Assembly (NCBI GenBank): GCA_030390025.1
Contig: CM059449.1
Span: 7,316,001-7,380,000 of the forward strand
Origin: Squalus acanthias
Lineage: Eukaryota
Reading direction: 5' to 3'
Length of the DNA stretch: 64,000 nt
The position numbers were made by a program, and so were the translations under genes. Shown piece after piece: positions 48,692-62,900 of the stretch (within the stretch, counting starts at the first letter, position 1; each line of letters opens with the position of its first letter). The notes beneath the pieces were generated by a model. That model was not told the origin of the DNA. It saw only the letters and a program-made list of their open reading frames with translations, and did no database searches.

Positions 48692-51600
48692 TATATTCCA
48701 GTGAGAAAGAAAGATTTTAAGAGAAGGGAGCACCATCCGTGGCTAACTAAGCAAGTAAAGGATGGTATCAAATTGAAAACGAAGGCATACAATGTTGCCA
48801 AGATTGGTGGGAGACCAGAGGATTGGGACATTTTTAAAAACCAGCAAAGGCTGACTAAAAAAATAATAAAGAAAGAGAAGATGAATGATGAGAGTAAGCT
48901 GGCAAGAAACATTAAAACAGATAGTAAGAGCTTCTACAGGTATATAAAAAGGAAGAGGGTAGCTAAAGTAAACATTGGTCCCTTAGAGGATGAGACTGGG
49001 GAATTAATAATGGGGAACGGGGAAATGGCAGAGACTCTGAACAATAATTTTGCATCTGTCTTCACTGTAGAAGACACTAACAACATCCCAATAATGGATA
49101 ATCAAGGGGCCACAGGGAGTGGGGAACTAAAGACAATCACTATCACTAAGGAAATAGTACTCGGTAAAATAATGGGACTAAAAGATGACAAGTCCCCTGG
49201 ACCAGATGGCCTGCATCCCAGGGTCTTAAAAGAAGTGGCTGCAGAGATAGTGGATGCATTGGTTGCAATATACCAAAATTCCATGGACTCTGGAGAGGTC
49301 CCAGCGGATTGGTAAACCGCTAATGTAACACCCCTATTTAAGAAAGGAGGGAGACAGAAACCAGGAAACTATAGACCAGTTAGCCTAACATCTGTTGTTG
49401 GGAAAATGCTGGAGTCCTTCATTAAGGAAGCTGTAGCAGGGCATTTAGAAAAACATACTGCAGTCAAACAGAGTCAGCATGGTTTTAGGAAAGGGAAATT
49501 ATGTTTAACAAATTTGCTGGAGTTCTTTTGAGGATGTAACAAGCAGGATGGACAAGGGTGAGCCAGTGGATGTGGTGTATTTGGATTTCCAGAAGGCATT
49601 CGATAAGGTTACTGCATAAGATAAGAGCTCACGGAGTTGGGGGTAATATATTAGCATGGATAGAGAATTGGCTAACTAACAGAAAGCAGAGAGTCGGGAT
49701 AAATGGGTCATTTTCTGGTTGGCAAACGGTAACTAGTGGGGTGCCACAGGGATCGGTGCTGGGGCCCCAACTATTTACAATCTACATTAATGACTTGGAT
49801 GAAGGGATTGAGTATAATGTAGCCAAGTTTGCGGATGATACAAAGATGGGTGGGAAAGCAAGTTGTGCAGAGGACTCAAAGAATCTGCAAAGCGTTACAG
49901 ACAGGCTAAGTGAGTGGGCAAACATTTGGCAGATGGAGTATAATGTGGGAAAGTGTGAGGTTATCCACTTTGGCAGGAAAAATAAAAAAGCAAACTATTA
50001 TTTAAATGGAGAGAGATTACAAAATACTACAGTTCAGAGGGACCTGAGGGTCCTTGTGCATGAAACACAAAAAGTTAGCATGCAGGTACAGCAAGTAATC
50101 AAAAAGGCAAATGGAATGTTGGCCTTTATTTCAAGGGGGTTGGAGTATAAAAGCAGGGAAGTCCTGCTACAACTGTACAAGGTATTGGTGAGACCACACC
50201 TTGAGTACTGCGTACAGATTTGGTCTCCTTATTTAAGGAAGGATATACTTGCATTGGAGGCAGTTCAGAGACGATTCACTAGGTTAATTCCAGAGATGAG
50301 GGGTTTGAGTTGTGAGGAAAGGTTGAGCAGGCTGGGCCTATACTCATTGGAATTTAGAAGAATGAGAGGTGATCTTATCGAAACATATAAGATACTGAGG
50401 GGGCTCAACAGGGTAGATGCAGAGAGGATGTTTCCCCTCATGGGGAAATCTAGAACTCGGGGGCACAGTCTCAGAATAAAGGGTCGCCCTTTTAGAACTG
50501 AGATGAGGAGGAACTTCTTCTCTGAGGGTCGTAAATTTGTGGAATTCTCTGCCCCAGAGAGCTGTGGAGGCTGGGTCATTAAATACATTTAAAGTGGAGA
50601 TAGACAAATTTTTGCAAGATAAGGGAGTGAAGGGTTATGGGGAGCGGGCTGGGAAGTGGCTTTGAGCCCGAGATCAGCCATGATCTTATTGAATGGCGGA
50701 GCAGGCTCGAAGGGCCAAGTGGCCTATTCCTGCTCCTATTTCTTATGTTCAAAGGTAGTAATCTCTGGATTACTCCCGGTGCCACGTGCTAGTGAGTGGA
50801 CAAATAGGAGGATAGAGCAGATGAATGCGTGGCTGGAAGGATGGTGCAGGAGGGAGGGCTTTAGATTCCTGAGGCATTGGGACCGTTTCTGGGGGAGGTG
50901 GGACCTGTACAAGCCAGACGGATTGCACGTCAACAGAGCTGGGACCAATATCCTCGCGGGGGCGGGGGGGGGGCTGGGACCAATATCCTCGCCGGGGCGG
51001 GGGGGGGGGGGCGGAATCAAGGGCTAGATAGTAGTCAACAAGGAGGTTTGCCTGTACTAAATGGTATATACTTCAATGCAAGGAGTATAGCGAACAAGGT
51101 AGATGAGCTGAGGGCACAGGTAGATACTTGGGACTATGATATTATAGCTATTACAGAGACATGGCTGAAAGACGGGCAGGTATGGCAGCTCAACATTCCT
51201 GGTTACAGGATTTTCAGACGGGATAGAGAGGGAGGTAAAAAGGGAGGGGGGGTGCTCACGGTATTGATTAAAGAAACTATTACAGCTGTGAGGAGGGATG
51301 ATATGTTGGAGGGATCATCAAACGAGGCCATATGGATCGAATTGAAAAACAAAAAAGGGGCGATCACACTGCTGGGAGTGTACTATAGATCTCCGAACAG
51401 TCAGAGGGAGATAGAAGAGCAAATATGTCGACACATTTCTGAGAAGTGCAAAAACTATAGGGCAGTAATAGTAGGGGATTTCAACTACCCCAATATTAAC
51501 TGGGATAAAATTAGTGTGAAGGGTACAGAGGGTGCGGAATTCCTAAAATGCATCCAGGAGAACTTTTTTAGCCAGTATGTAGCAAGCTCAACAAGGGAGG

Positions 51601-54329
51601 GGGCGGTTCTGGACTTAGTTTTAGTGAATGAAGTTGGGCAGGTAGAAGGCATATCAGTGGGGGAGCATTTTGGTGCCAGTGACCATAATTCAGTTAGATT
51701 TAAGGTAATTATGGAAAAGGACAAGGATAGACCAGGAATAAAACTTCTAAATTGGGGAAAAGCAAATTTTGCTAACCTCAGAGGGGATTTAGCCATAGTG
51801 GACTGGAAACAGCTACTTGAAGGTAAATCAGTGTCAGAGCAGTGGGAGGCATTCAAGGAGGAGATCCGGAGGGTTCAGACCAAATATGTGCCCTTAAAGA
51901 AAAAAGGTGGGACTAACAAATCTAGAGCCCCCTGGATGTCTAGGGACATACAGGGTAGGATAAAGAAAAAAAGGGAGGCGTATGACAGATACCGAGGGCT
52001 AAATACTGCAGAATCTTTAGAGGAGTACAGAAAGTGCAGGGGTGCAATTAAAAAGGATATTAGGAAAGCAAAGAGCATGAAAAATTCTTGGCAAGTAAAA
52101 TCAAGGATAACCCAAAGATGTTTTATCAATATATTAAGAGTAAGAGGATAACTAAAGAAAGGGTAGGGCCTATTCGAGATCATGAGGGTAATCTGGTGTG
52201 GAGGCGGAAGACGTCGGTAGGGTTCTTAATGAATACTTTGCGTCTGTTTTCACAAAGGAGAGTGGCGAAGCAGACATTGCTGTCAGGGAGGAGGAGTGTG
52301 AAATAGTAAATGAAATAAACATAGTGAGAGAGGAAGTATTAAGGGGTTTAGCAGCTTTAAAAGTGGATAAATCCCCAGGCCCGGATGAAATGTATCCCAG
52401 GCTGTTAAGCGAAGCAAAAGAGGAAATAGCAGAGGCCCTGACCATTTTCCAATCCTCTCTGGCTTCAGGTGTGGTACTGGAGGACTGCTAATGTGGTACC
52501 CTTGTTTAAAAAGGGAGAAAAGGATAGACCGAGTAATTACAGGCCATTCAGTCTAACCTCGATGGTGGAAAATTATTGGAAAGAATTCTGAAGGACAGGA
52601 TAAATCTTCATTTAATCAAGGATAGTCAGCACGGATTTGTTAAGGGAAGGTCGTGTCTGACAAACTTGATTGAATTTTTTGAGGAGGTAACAAGGAGGGT
52701 AGATGAGGGTAGTGCGTTTGATGTAGTGTATATGGACTTTAGCAAGGCTTTTGATAAGGTTCCACATGGCAGACTGGTCATGAAGTTAAAAGCCCATGGG
52801 ATCCAGGGCAAAGTGTCAAGTTGGATTCAAAACTGGCTCGGAGACAGGAAGCAGAGTGTAATGGTTGATGGGTGTTTTTGTGACTGAAAGGCTGTTTCCA
52901 GTGGGGCTCCGCACGGCTCAGTACTAGGTCCCTTGCTTTTTGTGGTATATATCAACGATCTAGACTTGAATATAGGGGGTATGATTAATAAGTTTGCAGA
53001 TGATACTAAAATTGGCTGTGTGGTTGATACTGAAGAAGGAAGCTGTAGACTGCAGGAAGATATCAATAAATTGGTCAGGTGGACAGAACAGTGGCAAATG
53101 GAATTCAATCTGGAGAAGTGTGAGGTAATGCATTTGGGGAGGGCTAACAAGGAAAGGGAATACACATCAAATGGTAGGAAACTGAGTAGTGTAGAGGAAC
53201 AAATGGACCTTGGAGTGCATGTCCACAGATCCCTGAAAGTAGCAGGCCAGGTAGATAAGGTGGTTCAGAAGGCATACGGAATGCTTGCCTTTATTAGCCG
53301 TGGCATAGAATACAAGATCGGGGGGGGTCATGCTTCAACTGTATAAAACACTAATTAGGCCTCAGCTAGAGTACTGCGTGCAGTTCTGGTCACCACATTA
53401 CAGGAAAGATGTGATTGCACTAGAGAGGTTACAGAGGAGATTTACAAGGATGTTGCCGGAAGTAGAGAATCTATGAGGAAAGACTGGATAGGCTGGGTTT
53501 GTTTTCCTTGGAACAGAGGAGGCTGAGCAGAGACCTTATTGAGGTGTATAAAATTATGAGGGGCCTAGATAAAGTGGATAGAAAGGACCTATTTCCCTTA
53601 GCAGAGGGGTCAAAAACCAGGGGGCACAAATTTAAAGTAATTGGTGGAAGGTTTAGAGGGGATTTGAGGGGAAATTTCTTCAGCCAGAGGGTTGTGGGGG
53701 TCTGGAACTCACTGCCTGAAAGGGTAGTAGAGGCAGAAACTCTAACTACATTTAAAAAGTACTTGGATGTGCACTTGGGATGCTGTAACCTGTAGGGCTA
53801 CGGACCAAGAGCTGGGAAGTGCGATTAGGCTGGATAGCTCTTTGTTGGCCAGCGCGGACACGATGGGCCGAAATGGCCTCCTTCCATGCTGTAACTTTCT
53901 ATGATTCTATGGCTGTAGGTGTTGACAATGTGGGATCGGCATTTACAGGGATGGGGATGAGGACCCTTGTCAGAACACTATTGGCAGGTGATCTGTATCC
54001 TTGGTCTCAAACTGCTTTTTTTTCCAACCAGACTCCCAAGCCACTGGAGCCTTCTCTGCTTTGCTGGTTTTTCATGTTTCCCTTTCTACCTATCCTCCTT
54101 TAGCTGTTCACGTACTCTCTGTGTCTCATAAATATATTTTATTTCTTTGATTTCTCTCATGCCTCATTTTGTCTCGTGCAAATATCACTTCTGCCATTTA
54201 ATCATCTCTTGTTCTCCACCCAAGCACTTCACAGGCCATTCTGTTTCTTTTCCTGTGTGTGTGTTTTATTTCCATGTCCCTTTTCCTTGTTCTTTTCCTT
54301 TTTAAATGCTGTTCATCTGTAATATCTTC

Positions 54330-54465
54330 CTGTCCTGAGGAAGGGTCCTAGAACTGAAATGTTGACTAACTTCTGTTTCCTCCACAGATGCTGCCTGACC
54401 TGCTGAATATTTCCAGCATTTTCTGCTTTTGTTTTCTGATTTCCAGCATCTGCAGTATTTTGTGT
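54330..54465 (+). mobile_element. Penelope-type short repeat with hammerhead motif
   Basis: GTC-CTGAGGA-AGGGTCCTAGAACT-GAAA-TGTT-GAC followed by the cacagatgctgcctgacctgctga family body. Confidence 0.7.
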
Positions 54466-55604
54466 TTTGCCTACAGTGTTAATTGTTTAATTGAATGTGA
54501 TGGCTTCGGTCAATCACAAACATCATTGCCATTGTCACAGGTTGGGCTACCCATTCAGTAATGATAAGAGAAATGCAGCATCTTTTGGATAGTTGTTGAA
54601 AGATGCAGTTGTCTATTGACATTAGTTTCAGTAGGACGTTAAAGATGTTTGGATCATATTTCTGCAGCAAGCCAACAAAAATCATCCCACACCACCTTGA
54701 CACAGATGATCAAAAAAAAGGCTTGAGTAGTGGGTTTGATTGACAGCTGTGACCAAGACTTTTGAGATGGGTGCAAGGTCATTGATTAGCTGTAGTCCTC
54801 TTTGATGGCTAGCTTGATGGCCAGGAGTTATATTGGGCTTCATGTGTTTTGTCTGCAGTCAGTTTCAGTTTTGCAACCAGAATGCTCAGTGTTTAAGTTG
54901 TGTGTTTATCAGCTAAAGAGCTGGGCTACTTTTGAGGCTGTGATATGTTCCACAGCACAAGAAGTAAGGTTATGTTTATAAGTCAATGTTTAGAGAGAAA
55001 GTGAGTGGTGTCTTTATCATTTTCTGTATTAAGGAGCGCAAAAAAATCATGATTCACTGTGTAGATAAAGCTACTTGTTGGTTTAGAGTCTGAAAATTAG
55101 TTTGGCTAGAGTGTATATATTCAGTTTTCTTTCCAGAGAAAGGAGGTTCTCATGATGGTACATGTTACATTCTGCCAGCCAATGTAGTGTAAGGGCTATC
55201 TTTCATGAAAGAAAAAAGCTATGCTTTGGGTTGTGGGGGCCATGAAAACCAACAGATGGGAGGGAGGGTGCTACTGAAACTGAGAAAGTATCTAGTATAA
55301 AAACCCAAATATGTGACCACAGTTGCAGTATACAGCACCTGGAAGCAGATAGAGACAGACTTGAGCCTGTTTCTGACAGTTACTGCCTCTGGCTGTGTCA
55401 GTACTACATTGTATGTTAACTGCAGGTGTCCTTGCATCTGGTTCTCTGCTCACCTCACCCAGACCCTGGGAAGACAACTCTCCATAGTTATTGCTAGGTG
55501 TGTGTGCTGTTGATTTTCTCTCCCTGACAAGCCTTCTTTCAATCAGGAATAATTTAAGGCATGAAATACAGTGAATGGTGTGTTTGTGAAAAGTGATCCA
55601 GCGT

Positions 55605-57115
55605 TGGTGTTCAGAGAGTTTTAGGTGTCCTCGTACAGGAAACACAGAGTTAGCATGCAGGTACAGCAAGCATTTAAGGGGGGAAATGGCATGTTGGTCT
55701 TTATTGCAAGGGGGTTGGAGTACAAGAGTAAGGAGGTCTTGCTACAGTTGTACAGGGCGTTGGTGAGACCACACCTGGAGTACTGTGCACAGTTTTGGTC
55801 TCCTTATCTAAGGAAGGATATACTGGCTTTAGAGGCGGTGCAATGAAGGTTGACTGGATTGATTCCTGGGATGAAAGGGTTGTCCTATGAGGAGTGATTG
55901 AGTAGATTGGGCCTATACTCTTTGGAGTATATTAGGCCTATACTCTCTGGAGTTTAGAAGAATGAGAAGTGATCTCATTGAAACATATAAGATTCTGAGG
56001 GGGATTGACAGGGTAGATGCTGAGAGGCTGTTCCCCCTGGCTGGAGAGTCTAGAACGAGGAGGCATACTTTCAGGATAAGAGGTCGGCCATTTATGACTG
56101 AGATGAGGAGGAATTTCTTCACTCAGGGCTGTGAATCTTTGGAATTCTCTACCCCAAAGGGCTGTGGATGCTGAGTATATTCAAGGCTGAGATAGATAGA
56201 TTTTTGGACTCTAGGGGAATCAAAGGATATGGCGGTTGAGCGAGAAAGTGGAGTTGAGGTTGAAGATCAGCCATGATCTTATTGAATGGCGGAGCAGGCT
56301 CGAGGGGCTGTATGGCCTACTCCTCCTAATTCTTATGTTAAACATAGAAACATGAATAGGACAAACAGCCCCTCGAGCCTGCTGCCATTCTATTAGATCA
56401 CGGCTGATCTGTACCTCAACTCCATTTACCCACCTTTGCTCCATATCCCTCGATACTCTTACCTAACAAAAATCTATCGACCTCAGTCTTGCAAATTTAA
56501 ATTTACCCAGCATCACAAGCTTTTGGGGAGAGAGAGTTCCACACTTCCACTGCCCTTTTATGTGAAAAAATACTTCTGGATTTCAGTCCATAATGGCCTA
56601 GCTCTAATTTTAATATTATGTCCTCTTCTGGATTCTCCCACGAGATAAAATAGTCTCTTTGTATCTGTGCTACTGAATTCCTTAAACAAAGTTTAAGCAA
56701 CCTGTCCTCATAATTTAACCCTTTGAGCCCCCATGTCATTCTAGTGAATCTGCGATCTACCCCAACCCCCAGGCCAAGATATCTTTCCTGAGGCGCAGTG
56801 CCCAAAACTCAATGTAGTGCTCCCGATGGGATCTGACCAACACTGTACAACTGAAGCATCACTTCCTCCATTTTGTATTCTAACCCTCTTGAGATGAAAG
56901 CCAACATTTCATTAGCCTTTTTGATTGCATTTTGTACCTCTGCATTAGTTTTTAGTGATTTTGTTTGCATGGACACCCGAATCCCTTTGCTGTTCCACAG
57001 CTCCTGGTCTCTCACCATTAAACAAATATTCAGATTTATCTTTCTAGATTCTGAAGTGGATGACCTTGCACCTCCCCACATTGAACTCCATCTGCCATAG
57101 TTTTCCCCACTCAAA
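55605..57115. mobile_element. Tail-to-tail CR1/L3 3' fragments (+ 55605-56339; - 56340-57115)
   Basis: RPHLEYCAQFWSP and TR.H motifs on each strand; the tails abut at about 56340. Confidence 0.88.
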
Positions 57116-59010
57116 ATTAATGTTTGCTAAGCAGCCTCTTTATGCTGCGGCAGTCAATTTCTCAGAATGTGACAAATGAATTAAAATAAATTAAAGAAAA
57201 GAAATGAGAGAAAAATGATCCAGTCAGTGTTGAGTTAGCTGACCTCAGCCAGGGCCTCATTGCTTGTATACATGTGGGCATACCGACGAGTCAGTTAATC
57301 TAATCAACTACGTGGTGTGAGTGTTATCTGGCACTTGTCTGTCCAAGCCTGGATTTTGACCAGGTCTTGTTGTAAGCTGGCATAGGCTGTCTCAGAGCTG
57401 TTGTGAATGGAGATGAACACTGACCAGCCCCACTCCTGACAGTATGACAGAATGAAGGTCATTGATGAAGCGGCTACAGATGGTTGTGCCAAGGATGCTC
57501 CCCTATGGAACTCTGGCAGAGATACCCTGGGATTTTGATGATAAGCCCTCGGCAACCATAACCATCTTACTGTGTGTCAAGTATGACTTGAGCCACTGAA
57601 GAGCTTTCTCATTGACTTGCTTGCTGATGCTTAGTTTGGGTTCTACCAGAACCATTCAGCTCTAGGTCTCATCACATCCTTGATCCAGACATGGATACAA
57701 GAGCTGGCTGCCAGAGGACCAGTGAGAATAGCTGCCCTTGACATCAAGGTAGCATTTGCCCGGATATGGTACCAAGGAGAGCTAGCAAAATTGATGTCAG
57801 TGGGTACAGTCAAGGTTAAGGACTCGCCTACAATTTACCAGATTTATTGAATACCATGGTGCAATTTTACCTCTCAAACTTTGGGTTGCTAGTCCAGTAG
57901 CATAATCACTATGCTACCATACCCTGATCACTAAAGTTAATGGAGGGAAAATCATAGCGAGGGTATGGAATATCCACATATATACTCTCAGCAGAGATGT
58001 GCACGCAACATGTGAGTGAAACAAAACGAGAGAGGTAGACAGACGAGGAGAATGCCAGAAACAGTAGGGTAATTTTTCTAATTGGTTATGCCCAGTTTTC
58101 ATGTAGAAAATGGGCATTTCTGACTGTGCATCACTCACTTTTCTGGTGGGGAAATTGTTTGGCACCTGAAAACAGGTGGGAGTTTAATTTTAATATGAAA
58201 TGTCATTGCAAATTCAATTGAATGTCTACATAATTTCAGAGTGATTGTGCCTGAATTACTCCAAGTGATCTAGTCATTCATATAAAATGGCTTCTAGAAT
58301 TGCTAGGGTCTGAGGTTCATTTAAAGAGATGTTCAAGAAGACTGAACAATTTTCAGTCCATTTCTCCACATGATTTGTTTTTATTTGCTTTTTGCTGTTA
58401 TCATTTTGGAGCATTTGTGGTGATTACTGTAATACACCCTTACAACAATGGGTTTCCCCATGGGAATCCCCCTATGTCTGAGCTCTTCAGAGGGTGAGAA
58501 GGACTAATGGAGGGTAGCCAGGCAAGTCAGAGATGTTGAGTGTTCACCATCAGTATGGCCACACCAGATTCGACAGGCACAGCGCACTGACCTCCATTCA
58601 TCAGAGGAGCAGCTCCTGTTGGCACCAAATCTTAAAGGAGGCAACACACTGGATAATATTAATATCATACATGAAGGCCTGACTCATAATGCAGGATCAT
58701 TCTTCAGATGCACACCATGATTGCACATCATTTTATGAAAGACTCCCAAGAGAAACACACAGCTCAATACATAGCGGTAAAAGAAATGCCACACAAATGT
58801 TCATAAGATATAATACAAACACAGTTCAGGCCCAGAGAGTTTTATATTTCACTAAAACTTAGTATAAATGGTGCACAGCCTGTTTAACACTGGTATGTGA
58901 GCACTGTACATATAACATAAGATTTTAGACATAATTTATGACAATTAATGAGGCTATCACTTCTCTCTCTCTCTCTCTCAGGCGATGGTTCTTCGGCTAA
59001 GATCTCAAAG

Positions 59011-59068
59011 ATGAAAGAAGTTCACCACATTGTGCTATTACTGCTTGTGATTCTAATCTCAGTATATG
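59011..59068 (+). CDS. BTN-like gene 2 signal-peptide exon (MKEVHHIVLLLLVILISVYG); gene continues beyond the window
   Basis: 47/58 nt identical to the gene 1 signal exon, same length and phase, (CT)n-CAG acceptor at 58980-58981, G|GTAAG donor, homologous upstream intron sequence. Confidence 0.88.
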
Positions 59069-59914
59069 GTAAGGATCTTTATAACTTGTTTATTTATATT
59101 TGTATATAACACCAGTAGACCTCCCTTACTTGCAGTGAGTCAGAAGATTCACTTTCTTTTATAACAATAGCAACATTTAAGAAATGTCGGGGATAATGTC
59201 AGGGCCACTGATTTTCAGTGATTGAATAAGTCCAATTTCATTTTTATTAAATCATATTCTGGGATTTTTTATTGGCACTTTGAGAATTCCATTTCACAAC
59301 TCTGGCCATTAATCTGTGAAATCCATAAATGACTGGCCTTTATATGTATTAATATATTAAATTTTGGTCCTGAATTTCATTGTGGGTTCCGTCAGACTCT
59401 CGCTGTAACTCTCGTGTAACCTACGGGAAACTGGCGAAGACCCGGTGACGCCAGGTTCCACCGATTCCAAGATTTCTTGGTTGGCCTTGTAAGGAGCGTA
59501 ACCTCTATCCACCAGTAACATCCGGGGAGCGGAGATAGCCTGCACCGGAGGTTCCCGTTCCCAGTTTCAGGACAAGACGTATTACTGGAAGCCAGTACAC
59601 ACAGTGAGATGAGGCATACCACTCTCCAAATGGGTGTAAGTGGGTCCCAGCAGGAGATCCTGGTTCTCTCCTGATGCCTGTGGGCGGCCTTAGACTGTAT
59701 GCAAAGCAGGTCTATGAAGATTTTAGCAGATGAAACAGCGCTCTTGGGCCCTTACCATTTCCCTCCCTGGCTTTGACCATTCCTTTCAGTTCACATGGTG
59801 GTTTTTCAGGCATGACTATGGTTGATCTGCTAGAGCTCTGTACATGGAATTATTGGCCCACACTGGCATTGTAGTGCACAGCTCATCTATAATCGGGCAG
59901 AGAGTGTCCATAAC

Positions 59915-62900
59915 TAACAATAAACAGGTTCGAGGTTCTTACTCCCTGTGGGGACGGGAGCAGGGACTGCAGGGAGGATGAGCAACCTGGCCACAGCACC
60001 GTGGAACGGGGGGCCATTCAAGAGGGGGGAGTAAATAGAAATATTGTAGTGGTAGGGGATAGTATTATTAGGGGGATAGATAGAGTTCTCTGCAGCCGAG
60101 AGCGAGAGTCCCGTAGGCTGTGTTGCCTGCCCGGTGCCAGGGTTAAGGACATCTCCTCTGGGCTGGAAAGAAACTTGTAGTGGGAGGGGGTGGATCCAGT
60201 TGTCGTGGTCCATGTTGGTACAAACGACGTAGATAGGACAAGGAAGCTGGTTCTGTTAAAGGAGTATGTGCAGCTCGGGGTCAAATTAAAAAACAGAACC
60301 TCAAGGGTAATAATCTCTGGATTATTACCTGAGCCACGAGCGAATTTGGCTAGGACAAATAAAATTAGAGAGTTAAATGAGTGGCTCAAAGACTGGTGTG
60401 GGAGAAATGGGTTTTGCTTCCTGGGACACTGGCACCAGTACTGGGGCAGGAGGGAGCTGTTCCGTTGGGACGGACTTCACTTGGCCAGTGCTCGGACTAG
60501 AGTCCTGGCGGATCATATAACTAGGGCTGTAGAGAGGGCTTTAAACTAACTAGTGGGGGGAAGGTTCCGAGAGAGCAAATAATAAAAATGACAACAGAGA
60601 AGGTCATAGACTTAGGTAGCAGTGGGGAAATTAAAAAACAGAGTGTGTCAGGAAGGGGCAGAAGGTATGGAGTAAAAGGTAAATTAATAAAAAGGGCAAA
60701 AGCAGGAACTAAGTGTCACAAAACATATTTGAAAGTTCTCTATCTGAATGCACGTAGCATTCGTAACAAAATAGACAAGTTAATGGCACAAATAACTACA
60801 TATGGGTATGATCTTGTGGCCATTACAGAAACATGGCTGCAGGGTGACAATGCCTGGGAATTAAACATACCAGGTTATTTAATGATCAGGAAGGACAGGC
60901 AGGAAGGAAGGGGAGGTGGGGTGGCTATGTTAATAAAGGAAGGAATCACTGTAATACAGAGAAAGGATATTGGGTAAAAAGATCAGGATAATGAAACAGT
61001 TTGGGTGGAGATAAGGAATAATAAGGGGTAAAAAACACTAGTGGGCGTAGTCTATAGGCCTCCGAACAGTTGCAACTCTGTTGGACGGAGTATCAATCAG
61101 GAAATAGTTGAGGCTTGTAATAAGGGAACATCTATAATTATGGGGGATTTTAACTATCATATTAATTGGACAGATCAAATTGGGCAGGGCTGCCTTGAGG
61201 ATGAGTTCATTGAGTGTATTAGGGATGGGTTTCTTGAGCAGTATGAAACTGAACCGACCAGGGGGCAAGCAACCTTAGATCTGGTCCTGTGTAACGAGAC
61301 AGGATTAATTAAAAATGTCCTAGTAAAGGATCCCCTTGGAATAAGTGACCATAGCATGGTTGAATTCCATATTCAATTAGAGGGTGAGAAGGTTGGATCT
61401 CAAACAAGCGTGCTAAGCTTGAATAAAGGAGACTATGAAGGTATGCGAGCGCAATTGAGTAGAGTGGATTGGGAAAATAGATTAAAGGGTAAGACGATAC
61501 ATGATCAGTGGTGTACATTTAGGGAGTTATTTTACAACTTCCAAAAAATATATATTCCACTGAGAAGAAAAGGGTGTAAAAGAAAAGACAGTCATCCGTG
61601 GCTAAGTAAAGAAATTAAGGATCGTATTCGACTAAAAACAAGGACATATAAGGTAGCCAAATCTAGTGGGAGGATAGAGGATTGGGAAAACTTTAAAAGA
61701 CAGCAAAAAATAACAAAAAGTTTGATTAAGAAAGGGAAGATAGATTATGAAAGTAAATTAGCAAAAAATATAAAAACAGATAGTAAGAGTTTTTATAGTT
61801 ATATAAAAAGAAAAAGGGTGGCTAAAGTAAATGTTGGTCCCTTAGAGGATGAGACCGGGAAATTAATGGTGGGAAATATGGAGATGGCAAATACACTGAA
61901 TTAATATTTTGTATCAGTCTTTACAGTAGAGGACACTAAGAATATCCCAACACTGGACAAACAGGGGGCTATGGGGGGGAGGAGGTAAACATGATCAAAA
62001 TCACTAAGGAAGTGGTACTCGGTAAAATAATGGGACTCAAGGCGGATAAATCACCTGGACCTGATGGCTTACATCCTAGGGTCTTGAGGGAAGCGGCGGT
62101 AGGGATTGTGGATGCATTGGTAATAATTTTCCAAAACTCCCTGGACTCAGCAAAGATCCCGGCAGACTGGAAAACTGCTAATGTAACACCCTTATTTAAA
62201 AAGGGCAGTACTCAGAAGGCTGGAAACTATAGACCGGTTAGCCTAACATCTGTGGTAGGTAAAATTTTGGAGTCCATTATTAAGGAGACAGTAACGAGAC
62301 ATTTGGATTATCATAATTTAATAGGACAAAGTCAGCATGGTTTTATGAAGGGGAAGTCATGTTTGACAAATTTGCTGGAGTTCTTTGAGGAAGTAACATA
62401 CAGGGTGGATAAAGGGGAACCAGTGGACGTGGTGTATTTAGACTTCCAAAAGGCATTTGACAAGGTGCCACACAAAAGATTATTGCTTAAGATAAAAAAT
62501 CACGGGATTGGGGGTAATATTCTGGCATGGATAGAGGATTGGCTATCTAACAGAAGGCAGAGAGTTGGGATAAATGGTTCATTCTCAGACTGGCAATCAG
62601 TAACTAGTGGTGTTCCGCAGGGGTCAGTGCTGGGTCCCCAACTCTTTACAATCTATATTAACGATTTGGAGGAGGGGACCGAGTGTAACATATCAAAGTT
62701 TGCAGATGATACTAAGATGGGAGAGAAAGTAATGAGTGAGGAGGACATAAAAAATCTGCAAGGGGACATAGACAGGCTAAGTAAGTGGGCAGAGATTTGG
62801 CAGATGGAATACAATACTGGAAAATGTGAGGTTATGCACTTTGGCAGGAAAAATAGTAGAGCAAGTTATTATCTTAATGGCAAGAAATTGGAAAGTACTG

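Larger units (their letters stand above)
44669..50749 (+). mobile_element. Full-length CR1 'B' with a 46-bp 5' tandem array, nested in CR1 A
   Basis: 5' repeat array, ORF1 (GDSIVRG, VHVGTND, DGLHLN), ORF2 (YLNARS, ETWL, GDFN, SDH, FADD), TTCTTATGTT tail. Confidence 0.92.
43905..53912 (+). mobile_element. Near full-length CR1 'A' (ORF1 zinc finger/leucine zipper/SGNH esterase; ORF2 EN-RT), interrupted at about 44670 by CR1 'B'
   Basis: CTSC..CSKC, GDSIVRG, LGVRLKNR|..KVVISGLLPVP resuming at about 50750; EN-RT 51060-53800; (TTCTATGA)n tail. Confidence 0.9.
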
